Part shown: piece after piece, positions 1 through 8,577 of the stretch | Layout: each line of letters opens with the position of its first letter | Numbering within the stretch: the first letter of the stretch is position 1 | Origin: a virus | Virus record (IMG/VR): IMGVR_UViG_3300045051_000531 | Reading direction: 5' to 3' (one strand) | Length of the DNA: 64,000 nt | Notes under the pieces: generated by a model | What the model saw: only the letters and a program-made list of their open reading frames with translations | What the model was told of the DNA's origin: nothing | Database searches by the model: none | Translations under genes and position numbers: made by a program

Positions 1-243
1 GCCACGGGTTCCCAGCTCTCCGATGACGACATGACCAAGATCCTGATCTACCAGCGCCAGGTTAACGTGATGGAGTCCTACCGTAAAATGCTGCTCCATA
101 AGAAGCAGCAGGCCTGCCATTTCCTGTCGTCGTGGTGCGAGTGCATGAAGTCTGAACCCCAGAGTCAGGCTCAGCTGAACGCCTTGCTGCTGAACGATCC
201 CGTCGGCATCGTGGCAACCAAGGCTGCCACGAACACGGTCTAG
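1..243 (+). CDS. 3' end of a gene truncated by the window edge (hypothetical, upstream of baseplate genes)
   Basis: Frame is open from base 1 to the TAG at 241-243; same orientation as the downstream structural operon. Confidence 0.6.
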   Translation, partial: ATGSQLSDDDMTKILIYQRQVNVMESYRKMLLHKKQQACHFLSSWCECMKSEPQSQAQLNALLLNDPVGIVATKAATNTV

Positions 244-287
244 CGCGTCCCAGATCCCCGGCGAGAATAGCCACCGCAAGAGGAGCC

Positions 288-671
288 ATGGCCGAGGACT
301 TCGCTCTCCTGGAGGGCCCCGCAGAGGGCTTGTACTCGTTGACGGATCCCACCACGGATCCGCTGGAGCGCATTCGGAGCCGCTTCGTGGTCCAGTTCCT
401 GAGCCGCGAGGTCAGCCCGCGTGGATCCGTGTTCGTCACGGAGGTCCTCGCCGGTAGAGTCAAAACGAACTCCGACGTGGTCGGGCTGTTCGCGGTCACC
501 GCTGGCCGCATCATCGATGACATGCGAACCCTGGCGCTCGATATCGCTCCGGCGCGAGCCCAGCTCGACAGCTTCGAGTTCCTGGACTCCAACCGCCGCA
601 TCAAACTCAACTTTACCGTGGTCACCGAGCTTGGTTCCGTGACGGAGACCCTGACCGTGGGTGAGGCATGA
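288..671 (+). CDS. putative baseplate wedge subunit (gp25-like)
   Basis: 127 aa with RBS GAGGAG; size and position directly before a baseplate J-like gene (TGA/ATG overlap). Confidence 0.5.
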   Translation: MAEDFALLEGPAEGLYSLTDPTTDPLERIRSRFVVQFLSREVSPRGSVFVTEVLAGRVKTNSDVVGLFAVTAGRIIDDMRTLALDIAPARAQLDSFEFLDSNRRIKLNFTVVTELGSVTETLTVGEA

Positions 672-2332
672 CGAACATCAGCGAGAACATCACGCAGACC
701 GACATCGATGCGGCCACGGAGGCCAACCGGGCAGTTCTGCAGGAGCGCTTCCCGGATCTCGATATCTCCGTTGGTGGTCCCGTCGACAGCCTGTTGGTCG
801 ACGGCAACGTCGTCATCACGGCGCAGAACGATGCCAACGTCGACAAAGCCTACCTGTACCAGCAGCTCAAGGCGGTCTCCGAGGGCACCGTCACGATCCC
901 GGATGAAGATCTCGATCGCCTCATGGCGAACTACTTCCTGACCAGGCAGGAAGCCATCGTGGCCACGGGCACCGTGGTCTTCGTGGTTCGCGACAACACC
1001 CAGAGCACGTTCCAAGCCGGCTACCGGCTGACATCGTCGGGGCAGAGCTACCAGCTCGGCGCCACGTACACCGTGTACCCCGTTGGCACCACCAACGTGG
1101 ATTTCACGGTGCCCACGAATGTGCTCATGGAGCAGATCTTCGACGCCGAGACCGGCTATCAGTTCCAGTACGAGCTCCCGATCGAATCCGTCGATGCGAC
1201 GCCGTCTGCGGTCCGGGTCTCCGGCGACCGCTTCGAAGCGGCGCAGCCGTTCGACGGTCTCGGCTACATCCAGGCCGTCACGAACTTCCAGGGCGGCACC
1301 GCAGCGGAGACCAACGAGCAGTTCGCGAAGCGCGGCCTCCAGGGGCTCCTGGCGAAGACCGTTGGTGGCCAGGATCACATCGATGCCCTGGTTCGGGAAG
1401 CCGTTCCCCTGGCGGATTCCAACAGCATCGGTGTCAATGACCCCCTGATGACCCGGGACCGCGCCAACGTCTTCAACATCTCGACAGGCGGCCGTCTCGA
1501 TGTCTACGTGAAATCTGGTGCCATCGCGCAAGCCGGGTACGTCGTCACCGGTGTCGTCCTCAACGATGTCGCCCGTACGGTGTCGTTGACCCTGACGCGG
1601 GAGCAGTCCGCCGGTGTGTACCGGACCGCGGTTACCCCGGTGTACCTCTCCGCTCCTCCGACCATCGTCAGCGGCGGCATCACGGTGCAGTCCGTGGTCC
1701 ACAACGTCTGGACGGATCCCGAGGCTGGAGCCTTCAACCCTCTGATGCCGGCTGATATCGATCGGGCCTTCAGCACCCGGCAGGAGATCGTGATCACGAT
1801 CGTCGATGATCGCCAGACCGGATCCGGGTACTACGTCGACATGACTCCAGGCCCGGGCACCGAGATCGAGGACGCGTACTCCGTCGGTACCGAGTACCAG
1901 CCCGGTTGCCTCCTCGTCGACGACATCCTGATGGGCCCCGCGAATCGGCCGCCTGGTGTCGACGTCCTCGTCAAAGCGGCGGTGCCGTGCATCGTCACCA
2001 TCGGCATCACGGCCAAGAAGCCTGCGAACTACAACGGCCCCGGGGCTGATGTCCTCGCGGCTGAGGTCGCGTCGGCGATCAACCTGCTACCCGTGGAAAC
2101 CGCTGACCTCGACGGCTTCACGATCTCCAACATCCTGAAGACCGCGGCCCCGCAGCTCGTCCTGACCGGCCTCAGCATGGCTGGCACGATCTACGGCCAG
2201 GATGGCACCAACATCTCGGTGCCCCAGCTCGGCGGCAAGCTCACCATCGTCACGAACACCACCGCCAAGGTGTCCTCGGCGAACTGCTATTACACGACAA
2301 CACCACCCCAGGTGAGTGTGACCCTTGTTTGA
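668..2332 (+). CDS. baseplate J/gp47-like protein
   Basis: 554 aa; typical segments (FPDLDISVGGPVDSLL, ATGTVVF, FQGGTAAETNEQF) and operon context. Confidence 0.72.
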   Translation: MTNISENITQTDIDAATEANRAVLQERFPDLDISVGGPVDSLLVDGNVVITAQNDANVDKAYLYQQLKAVSEGTVTIPDEDLDRLMANYFLTRQEAIVATGTVVFVVRDNTQSTFQAGYRLTSSGQSYQLGATYTVYPVGTTNVDFTVPTNVLMEQIFDAETGYQFQYELPIESVDATPSAVRVSGDRFEAAQPFDGLGYIQAVTNFQGGTAAETNEQFAKRGLQGLLAKTVGGQDHIDALVREAVPLADSNSIGVNDPLMTRDRANVFNISTGGRLDVYVKSGAIAQAGYVVTGVVLNDVARTVSLTLTREQSAGVYRTAVTPVYLSAPPTIVSGGITVQSVVHNVWTDPEAGAFNPLMPADIDRAFSTRQEIVITIVDDRQTGSGYYVDMTPGPGTEIEDAYSVGTEYQPGCLLVDDILMGPANRPPGVDVLVKAAVPCIVTIGITAKKPANYNGPGADVLAAEVASAINLLPVETADLDGFTISNILKTAAPQLVLTGLSMAGTIYGQDGTNISVPQLGGKLTIVTNTTAKVSSANCYYTTTPPQVSVTLV

Positions 2333-3791
2333 TTTCGACGACATCATCACCGGAGCTCTGCGGGATCCTGAACGGGTCTGGCGGTACCTGGATTCGTTCT
2401 GGCGCACCAGGACGACGCCGACGACGCACGACCTCGTCCTGTTCGAGACCTACGCCCAGACCCTGTTGGAACTCAACGTCCTGGCGAAGTCTGACCACTT
2501 CATCCGGGCCCAGACCGTTCCCGTCATCGAAGACTTCCTGCGGGTACCGTGGTACCCCGTGATCCTGTTCCAGGATCGCCTCATCGATCAGTCCCTGGTG
2601 TTGTACGGCGAAGGCTACATCTACGACCCCCTGCCGGAAATCGTCTACGGTCAGCAGGGCCTCCCCCGGTTCCTGTATCCCATGGCGGAACCCTTGGTCG
2701 CGGTGTCCGAGATCTGCGATGCCATCACGAACACCTCGGTGGTCCTCGATGCCACGCAGTTCGCCTACGACGTCATCCAGCAACGCTTCATCTTCAGCGT
2801 GGATCCTTTCACGCTGATCCCTGCGAAGACCGATGCCGGATCGGGGCGCCAGTACATCGTGCTCTGGCTCCGGAACCCGCAGTTCGACATGGGGGTCCCG
2901 TTCGACTGGGCCGGCTGGGTCGCGAAGTACGAGCGCAGCGGCGAGAACTACGCCGCCACGTTGCAGATGATCTGGGAACTCATCCTGCTTGGTCCCAGTG
3001 TGGCCCGGTACCAGGACGGCTTGCTCCGAGCCGCCGGGCTCCCGTACGTCAGCGACGGTGAAGAGGTCGTCAGGCGGGTCGAGAACGACGGCTTCAGGAA
3101 CCTGATCTCGACGGACACCAAGGTCTACGGGGCCCCGCTGTCCGTGGTCCCCGTGGTGGCCCCCGGCGACGTCGTCACTAGGGGGACCCCGCTGACCGAT
3201 GGGATCCGGTTCATGGACTACCAGGGGGTCCTGGCGTCCACGGATGCCACGCTGCCTGGGCTCCTGCTCAAGGTCCCCCTGTCTACGGGGGTCATAGCAG
3301 AACTCAGCTTCGCCAACGTGACCGACGCCTGGACCTATGATGCCCTGAGACCGTCTCCCTGGCGGTTCCCCGTCGGTGGCGACCCGACCTCCGTGGAGCA
3401 ATTCTGGGTCGATGTGGACACCTTCGCCACGGCCAATGGGATCGATTTCCAGACACTTTACGGACTCCCGGCAGCCGTGAACCCCATGAAGCGGATCGTC
3501 GAGGATCTCCTCCAGAACAGCCTCTACGTGGCCTCCCTGCGGCTCAGCGAGATGCCTGACGTCTTCGGGGGCTTCAGCGACCGCGCCAGGCTCCTGTTGC
3601 CCGGGGACGTCCTCATCGTGCTCCAGCAGTTCCTGGACTCCGTGTCGGACAGCTTCGATCTGGGCTCCGAGACTTCCGATACCGTGGGATACGGCTACCA
3701 TGCCGCGGTACCCACAGAGATTATCTCGGTACCCGGAAATGGGACCGACCTGACGTACTACGACTACACCCCCTTGGTGGTGACGACATGA
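2325..3791 (+). CDS. putative baseplate/tail structural protein
   Basis: 488 aa coupled to the baseplate J gene; no specific motif recognised. Confidence 0.45.
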   Translation: MFDFDDIITGALRDPERVWRYLDSFWRTRTTPTTHDLVLFETYAQTLLELNVLAKSDHFIRAQTVPVIEDFLRVPWYPVILFQDRLIDQSLVLYGEGYIYDPLPEIVYGQQGLPRFLYPMAEPLVAVSEICDAITNTSVVLDATQFAYDVIQQRFIFSVDPFTLIPAKTDAGSGRQYIVLWLRNPQFDMGVPFDWAGWVAKYERSGENYAATLQMIWELILLGPSVARYQDGLLRAAGLPYVSDGEEVVRRVENDGFRNLISTDTKVYGAPLSVVPVVAPGDVVTRGTPLTDGIRFMDYQGVLASTDATLPGLLLKVPLSTGVIAELSFANVTDAWTYDALRPSPWRFPVGGDPTSVEQFWVDVDTFATANGIDFQTLYGLPAAVNPMKRIVEDLLQNSLYVASLRLSEMPDVFGGFSDRARLLLPGDVLIVLQQFLDSVSDSFDLGSETSDTVGYGYHAAVPTEIISVPGNGTDLTYYDYTPLVVTT

Positions 3792-4339
3792 TCAAAGACT
3801 CCATCGCCCTGAACCGCGTCCTCCGGGGCTACGTCCGGGTCCGCAACGAAGCCGGGGTTGAGGTCCACAGCCACAACCTCGTCGTCTACAACGGCGGCGA
3901 CATCATCGCCAAGCTCCTCGGCGGCAACGAGGAGTACCGGATCTCGCACATGTACTTCGCCTACGAGAACACCGTGGGGGTCCCGGCGCCGCCAGCCGCG
4001 GCACGCTCGGATACCGCGGCGACGACGTTTCACGCCCTGGCGCCGCCCGATGACTTCCTCCGGGCCCCCGTGCTGGATCCCCCGCAGTACCAGGCCGCTG
4101 ACGCCAACCACCTCTTCAACCGCGTCATCTTCAACGCCATCGCGTCGGACACCGTTGGAGTCCTCGGGCTCCCCTTCGGCGCCGCGAACAACTCCAAGGT
4201 GTACGGGGTCGGTCTGATCGCGGCTCCTACGGGCGCCTACCTCGGTGACCTGCTCTACGCATACTTCGTGTTGCCCACAGCTCTGCCTGCAGCTGGTTCC
4301 GGCCAGATCTCGGCGTCCTGGGCAACGGAGGCCAACTAA
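3788..4339 (+). CDS. putative virion structural protein
   Basis: 183 aa, overlapping stop/start with neighbours in the baseplate operon. Confidence 0.45.
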   Translation: MIKDSIALNRVLRGYVRVRNEAGVEVHSHNLVVYNGGDIIAKLLGGNEEYRISHMYFAYENTVGVPAPPAAARSDTAATTFHALAPPDDFLRAPVLDPPQYQAADANHLFNRVIFNAIASDTVGVLGLPFGAANNSKVYGVGLIAAPTGAYLGDLLYAYFVLPTALPAAGSGQISASWATEAN

Positions 4340-6093
4340 TGGCTACCTTCGTTCCCACGGTTCGCGTCATCGTTGATGGGACCCCCGTCGACGCCGCGAA
4401 TACCAATGGTCCCATTGCGGATCTCACCCAGCGGACCCAGTGGCTCAAGGATCAGCTCTTGGCCCTCCAGGCCGGGACCCAGCTCATCCTGCGGAACCAG
4501 ACCATCGATCCCGCGGTGATCCCGGGCACCCCGGTGTACCTGGATACCGCCACGGACACCTTCAAGCCGGCGATGGCTGAAGTCGACACCACGAACCTGA
4601 ACCAGGCCTCTGATCGGGCGTTCTGGCAGGGCATCGCGTTGACCGCATCAGGCACCGTTGGCGACATCGTCATCGGTGGCGACATGGTCTTGCCCCCGGC
4701 GACCTGGGCTGCCGCGTTCGACACCGGGATCTTCGCGGCTGGCGACATCTTCCTCGGTGGCGTCGTACCCGGGAAGCTGTCGACGTCAGCGGGCACCGCC
4801 GGGATCTACCTGGGTCACATGCGGATCTCGGGCGAAATGTTGGTCCGTCTGGGCAACCCGGGCGCCTTCCTGGAACACATCCACCTCCAGCGCTTCCTGG
4901 TCGGGTCCCCAGCAGACAGCGCTCCGACGACACCAGCGGTGAACACCCCGCAGACCATCGGAACCCCGGACCCCTCGCAGCAGGGCTGGTTGCCTGCCAA
5001 CGCGACGTACTTCCCGGGCTTCGTGATCGGTGTTCAGATCCCCACGGGTGCCGTGTTCGGCTACAACATCCAGCACCCCGCGGAGACCGCGCTGCGCCAG
5101 GTCTTCCCGGTGCTTCCGCCGGAGAACGCGCAGTTCGATCAGGACGGCCAGGTTCTCAGCACGGATCTCGTCATCATCAACCAGTTCGGGATCTGGTGGA
5201 TGGATGACAGCTACGGACAGGCTCCGTGGCCCGTGGATTACGCGACGTCGTCAACGGCCCCCGAGATCACGCTGTGGACCACGCGGCTCATCGCGGCGGC
5301 CTCCGTCGTGGATCTCGCCGTCAACGAGCTCATCGCGCAGCTCAACGCCGGTCTCGCCGCGGACTTCTCGGTGACCAAGCTGTTCACCTCGGACGCCGGG
5401 ACCATCGAGATCGCGGCTTCCGAGGGTGACGGCGTCACGGGCTACCATGGCGTCGTCACGCTGACTCCCAAGGCAGTGAATGCAGCCAGGTACCGTCGTG
5501 GCATCCTGATCGAATCGGCGTCCTCGCTGGGTGACAACACCACGGGCTACAAGGGCATCATCGACGCCGAGTTCAACGCGGATCTCGAGGCCAAGCACCA
5601 GTTCACCTTGGTGACCGCGGCGCCACAGGACACCATGGCCCCGGTGAGCACCAACGGGTTCTCCGTGGGTGCCGACATCGGGCTCCGTGGCCACCGTCTC
5701 GGCGCCAACGTCGCCGACTTCATCGACTTCCTGATCACTGGTGGTCGGGATCTCGTCGTGGCACCAGCGGAGTACCGGTTGTCGCCGGTGTTCCACTTCG
5801 CCGTGAACACGGCGGCAGCGGTTCCCGTGATCCGGAACTTCGAGGTCCGGTTCTACCGCTTCAAAGTGGGTTCCCCGCTGAGCTCGACGCAGCTCGTGAA
5901 GACCGTCCAGGTCGACGCCCAGACCGGGGTGCCCGGACAGCTCCAGACCGCGGCTCTGGGTCCCTACGCTGACGTCGTGCTCCAGCAGAACGAGCACATC
6001 CTGGTTCGCATCGTGAACAGCACTGGTGGCAACCCGCTGCCCGTGGACACCCTGCGCGTGGTCTCCCTGTACTACGGTCTCACGGAGGCCTGA
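4339..6093 (+). CDS. putative tail/baseplate-associated structural protein
   Basis: 584 aa, beta-rich; N-terminal DGTPVDAANTNGPIADLTQRTQWLK resembles tail-fibre attachment segments. Confidence 0.45.
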   Translation: MATFVPTVRVIVDGTPVDAANTNGPIADLTQRTQWLKDQLLALQAGTQLILRNQTIDPAVIPGTPVYLDTATDTFKPAMAEVDTTNLNQASDRAFWQGIALTASGTVGDIVIGGDMVLPPATWAAAFDTGIFAAGDIFLGGVVPGKLSTSAGTAGIYLGHMRISGEMLVRLGNPGAFLEHIHLQRFLVGSPADSAPTTPAVNTPQTIGTPDPSQQGWLPANATYFPGFVIGVQIPTGAVFGYNIQHPAETALRQVFPVLPPENAQFDQDGQVLSTDLVIINQFGIWWMDDSYGQAPWPVDYATSSTAPEITLWTTRLIAAASVVDLAVNELIAQLNAGLAADFSVTKLFTSDAGTIEIAASEGDGVTGYHGVVTLTPKAVNAARYRRGILIESASSLGDNTTGYKGIIDAEFNADLEAKHQFTLVTAAPQDTMAPVSTNGFSVGADIGLRGHRLGANVADFIDFLITGGRDLVVAPAEYRLSPVFHFAVNTAAAVPVIRNFEVRFYRFKVGSPLSSTQLVKTVQVDAQTGVPGQLQTAALGPYADVVLQQNEHILVRIVNSTGGNPLPVDTLRVVSLYYGLTEA

Positions 6094-6491
6094 TGCCATT
6101 CACGGTCACCTTGGTTCGTCAGTTCAGCGACAACGTCGCCACGAACGCCAATCAGCCCTGCGATAACCAGCAGGTCCGGATGACGGAGACCGTGACGGCG
6201 TACACCGGACTCCAGGATGGCGGTGTCTTCGTGTACCGCGTCGATCCGGTCACCTTGGTGCCCAGGTACGATCACATCGCGGTGCCCTGTGATCTGCAGC
6301 GCTACAACCTGAACGTGGTCACCCCAGGTGCCGAGTTCATCCGGAAGACCGCGATCGATCTGTACTACGCCACCGCCCAGGACGCCCAGGAAGGTGCCGT
6401 GGTCATCGAGAACTCCGTGCAGGATCTCGTCGATGAACTCGAAGCTCTCCAGAACATGTCGCCCTCGGTGACCACCACGATTTCGTCATGA
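6093..6491 (+). CDS. hypothetical protein
   Basis: 132 aa, TGATG coupling to the previous gene. Confidence 0.6.
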   Translation: MPFTVTLVRQFSDNVATNANQPCDNQQVRMTETVTAYTGLQDGGVFVYRVDPVTLVPRYDHIAVPCDLQRYNLNVVTPGAEFIRKTAIDLYYATAQDAQEGAVVIENSVQDLVDELEALQNMSPSVTTTISS

Positions 6492-6778
6492 CCCCAGTCG
6501 CGGTCACGAAGTCCTACCTGATCCGGTTGGCACGGGATCCCAAGTACAACTGGATGTCGTCGCTGCGCGCGATCCGGGAGACCTACGTGATCGCTGGGCT
6601 CCAGCAGCCCACGAAGAAGTGCTGTGGGCAGCGGAAACCTGCAGTGGCGGTTCCCGATACCGCTATCGCACGGGTGACCTCGGATCCCAGGTTCTTGAGC
6701 GATCTCCGCGCCCTGAAAGTTCGGGAACAGTTCGGTCCTGTTGTCATCAACGTCGGCAGCTTACAGGCGCGCCTCTAA
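6488..6778 (+). CDS. hypothetical protein
   Basis: 96 aa, ATGA coupling; last gene of the plus-strand block. Confidence 0.55.
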   Translation: MTPVAVTKSYLIRLARDPKYNWMSSLRAIRETYVIAGLQQPTKKCCGQRKPAVAVPDTAIARVTSDPRFLSDLRALKVREQFGPVVINVGSLQARL

Positions 6779-7627
6779 CTCGGCGATCAGTTCAGCCTTC
6801 TTCGGCATCTTCTTCTCGATCCGGCAGGCCAGCAGCTTCATACCATTCACCGTGGGCTGCCCGTTGGCATCGGTGCCGATCTCTTCGACGACGTGCGGGC
6901 TGTTCTTGTAGCGCCCGAACAACAGGGTGTCGCCTTTCTCGATGTCGAGCGTGATCGCAGCCGTTTTCTCCTGAGCGGGCTGGAGCTGGATTCCGATGTT
7001 GCCGAGCTGCTGGATCAACTCGACGATCTTGGAGTCCAGCCAGATATCGACTTCGTTGGCGCGTTCCTGCGCGGATCCCCAGGCTCCGGCGTAGTACTGG
7101 GGGTCACTGAAGCCTTCGTTCTTCACGATCTTGGAACCTGCGAACTCCAGCGCCTTGGGAGCGATCGTGAAGCCTTCGTCGTCGAGGACGACGCGGACGT
7201 ACTTCTGGATGTTGCGGCTCCATGGCGACGCCGGATCTCTGGTCACCGGATCGGGATCCACGAGACCGATTTCGGTGACCGCCCAGGCGACGTCGTCAAC
7301 GGACGGGACCCCCTTCTGTACCCCGACGCCGTCACCTGCCAGGGCTGAGACGGTCTCATCGAAGATGGCGACGTCCTTGTAGACGGAGTCCGTGGTCACC
7401 GCGGCGATCAGCGCCATGAGCTTGTCGTAGACCCGACGCGGCATCTCGACACCGAAGTCATCTTTGACTTCGAGCTCGATGGTGGCGCCATCCCAGTTCA
7501 TGGCCTCGATGCCGAAGGCGGCGACGACACCGCAGAGCAGTGTGGTCGCGAAGCACTCCCGTTCACCGCTGAGATACGGGGTCAGGCCTTCTTTGAGAGC
7601 GCGAGGCAACATTGTCCGCGCGGACAC
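6761..7627 (-). CDS. hypothetical protein, possibly virion-associated
   Basis: 288 aa with phage-like codon usage; compact C-terminal module LDIEKGD..GRYKN...GQPTVNG. Confidence 0.65.
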   Translation of the reverse strand: MSARTMLPRALKEGLTPYLSGERECFATTLLCGVVAAFGIEAMNWDGATIELEVKDDFGVEMPRRVYDKLMALIAAVTTDSVYKDVAIFDETVSALAGDGVGVQKGVPSVDDVAWAVTEIGLVDPDPVTRDPASPWSRNIQKYVRVVLDDEGFTIAPKALEFAGSKIVKNEGFSDPQYYAGAWGSAQERANEVDIWLDSKIVELIQQLGNIGIQLQPAQEKTAAITLDIEKGDTLLFGRYKNSPHVVEEIGTDANGQPTVNGMKLLACRIEKKMPKKAELIAELEARL

Positions 7628-7629
7628 TA

Positions 7630-8577
7630 TTAGGCGAGGCGGACCAGGAGATCGGCGTCACCCCGTGGCAGCGTGGGGAGCACCGCGGCGAGCTCCTCGG
7701 AGCCCAGCTTGGCGAGCGCGGGGTCCACGGCGGCCAGGGCTTCCTTGGAGAGCTCCGCGATGTCCACCGTGGCACCGTTGGTCAGTGCGACGGCCTGCTT
7801 CGAGATCCCGGCCAGCTTGGCGAGCTTCTCGGTGGTCTGCGCGGAGTCGATGATCTCCTCGGGGAGCTCGACTGAAGCCGTCTTCACCGCGATGCCGGTC
7901 TCGACGTCGAAGTGCTCCAGGGCGGCCACGGCTTCCTTGACGAAGTCGTCGTCGTAGCGGAGCTCAGGCTTCTCGGTCATGACCTCCACGAGGGAAGCCA
8001 GCTTGTCGAAGAGCTCGGGGTGGGTCTCCAGGGCACCGACGCGCTGATCCAGAGCGGCCTGCAGGGACTCCGCCGAGGGGTACCCGAAGCCGGCTGACTT
8101 GTGCAGGCTGGTCTCGACGTACTCCGGGAGATGGGCTCCGAAGCGCTGGGCGCGCTCCAGGAGACGAGCCGCGGCTTCCTTGCGCCACTCCAGCGGGTAG
8201 CTCCGCTTGGTCTCCGCGAACTGGACCGCGGACGCGATCACCGAGGGGGCATCGTAGGCCGCGAACTTCCGGACCTCGAGGCCGCCGTGCTTGGCGACCA
8301 TGGCGAAGTCCTTGGCCTCGAGCTCAGCTGGCTTGTAGGTGGCCACCTTGGCCACAGCAGCTTCGCAGTCCGCCAGGTTGCCCCAGAACGCGGCGTGATC
8401 CCGGCAGGTCTGCTTGGTGGCCTCAGAGGCCTTCTTGACGTACGCCTGGACGAAAGAGATCATCGTTGCATCGCGGCTATTGAAGAGATAGTCTTCGTCG
8501 CGACGCGCCACGGCGGTCTTCGCGAGACCGGCGTGGCCGGCGAGAACGAGAGCTTTATCAAGGGGCAGCTGGCTCAT
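7630..8577 (-). CDS. hypothetical protein, possibly virion-associated
   Basis: 315 aa, helical, with several K-x-A motifs; ends 2 nt before the next minus-strand gene. Confidence 0.65.
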   Translation of the reverse strand: MSQLPLDKALVLAGHAGLAKTAVARRDEDYLFNSRDATMISFVQAYVKKASEATKQTCRDHAAFWGNLADCEAAVAKVATYKPAELEAKDFAMVAKHGGLEVRKFAAYDAPSVIASAVQFAETKRSYPLEWRKEAAARLLERAQRFGAHLPEYVETSLHKSAGFGYPSAESLQAALDQRVGALETHPELFDKLASLVEVMTEKPELRYDDDFVKEAVAALEHFDVETGIAVKTASVELPEEIIDSAQTTEKLAKLAGISKQAVALTNGATVDIAELSKEALAAVDPALAKLGSEELAAVLPTLPRGDADLLVRLA

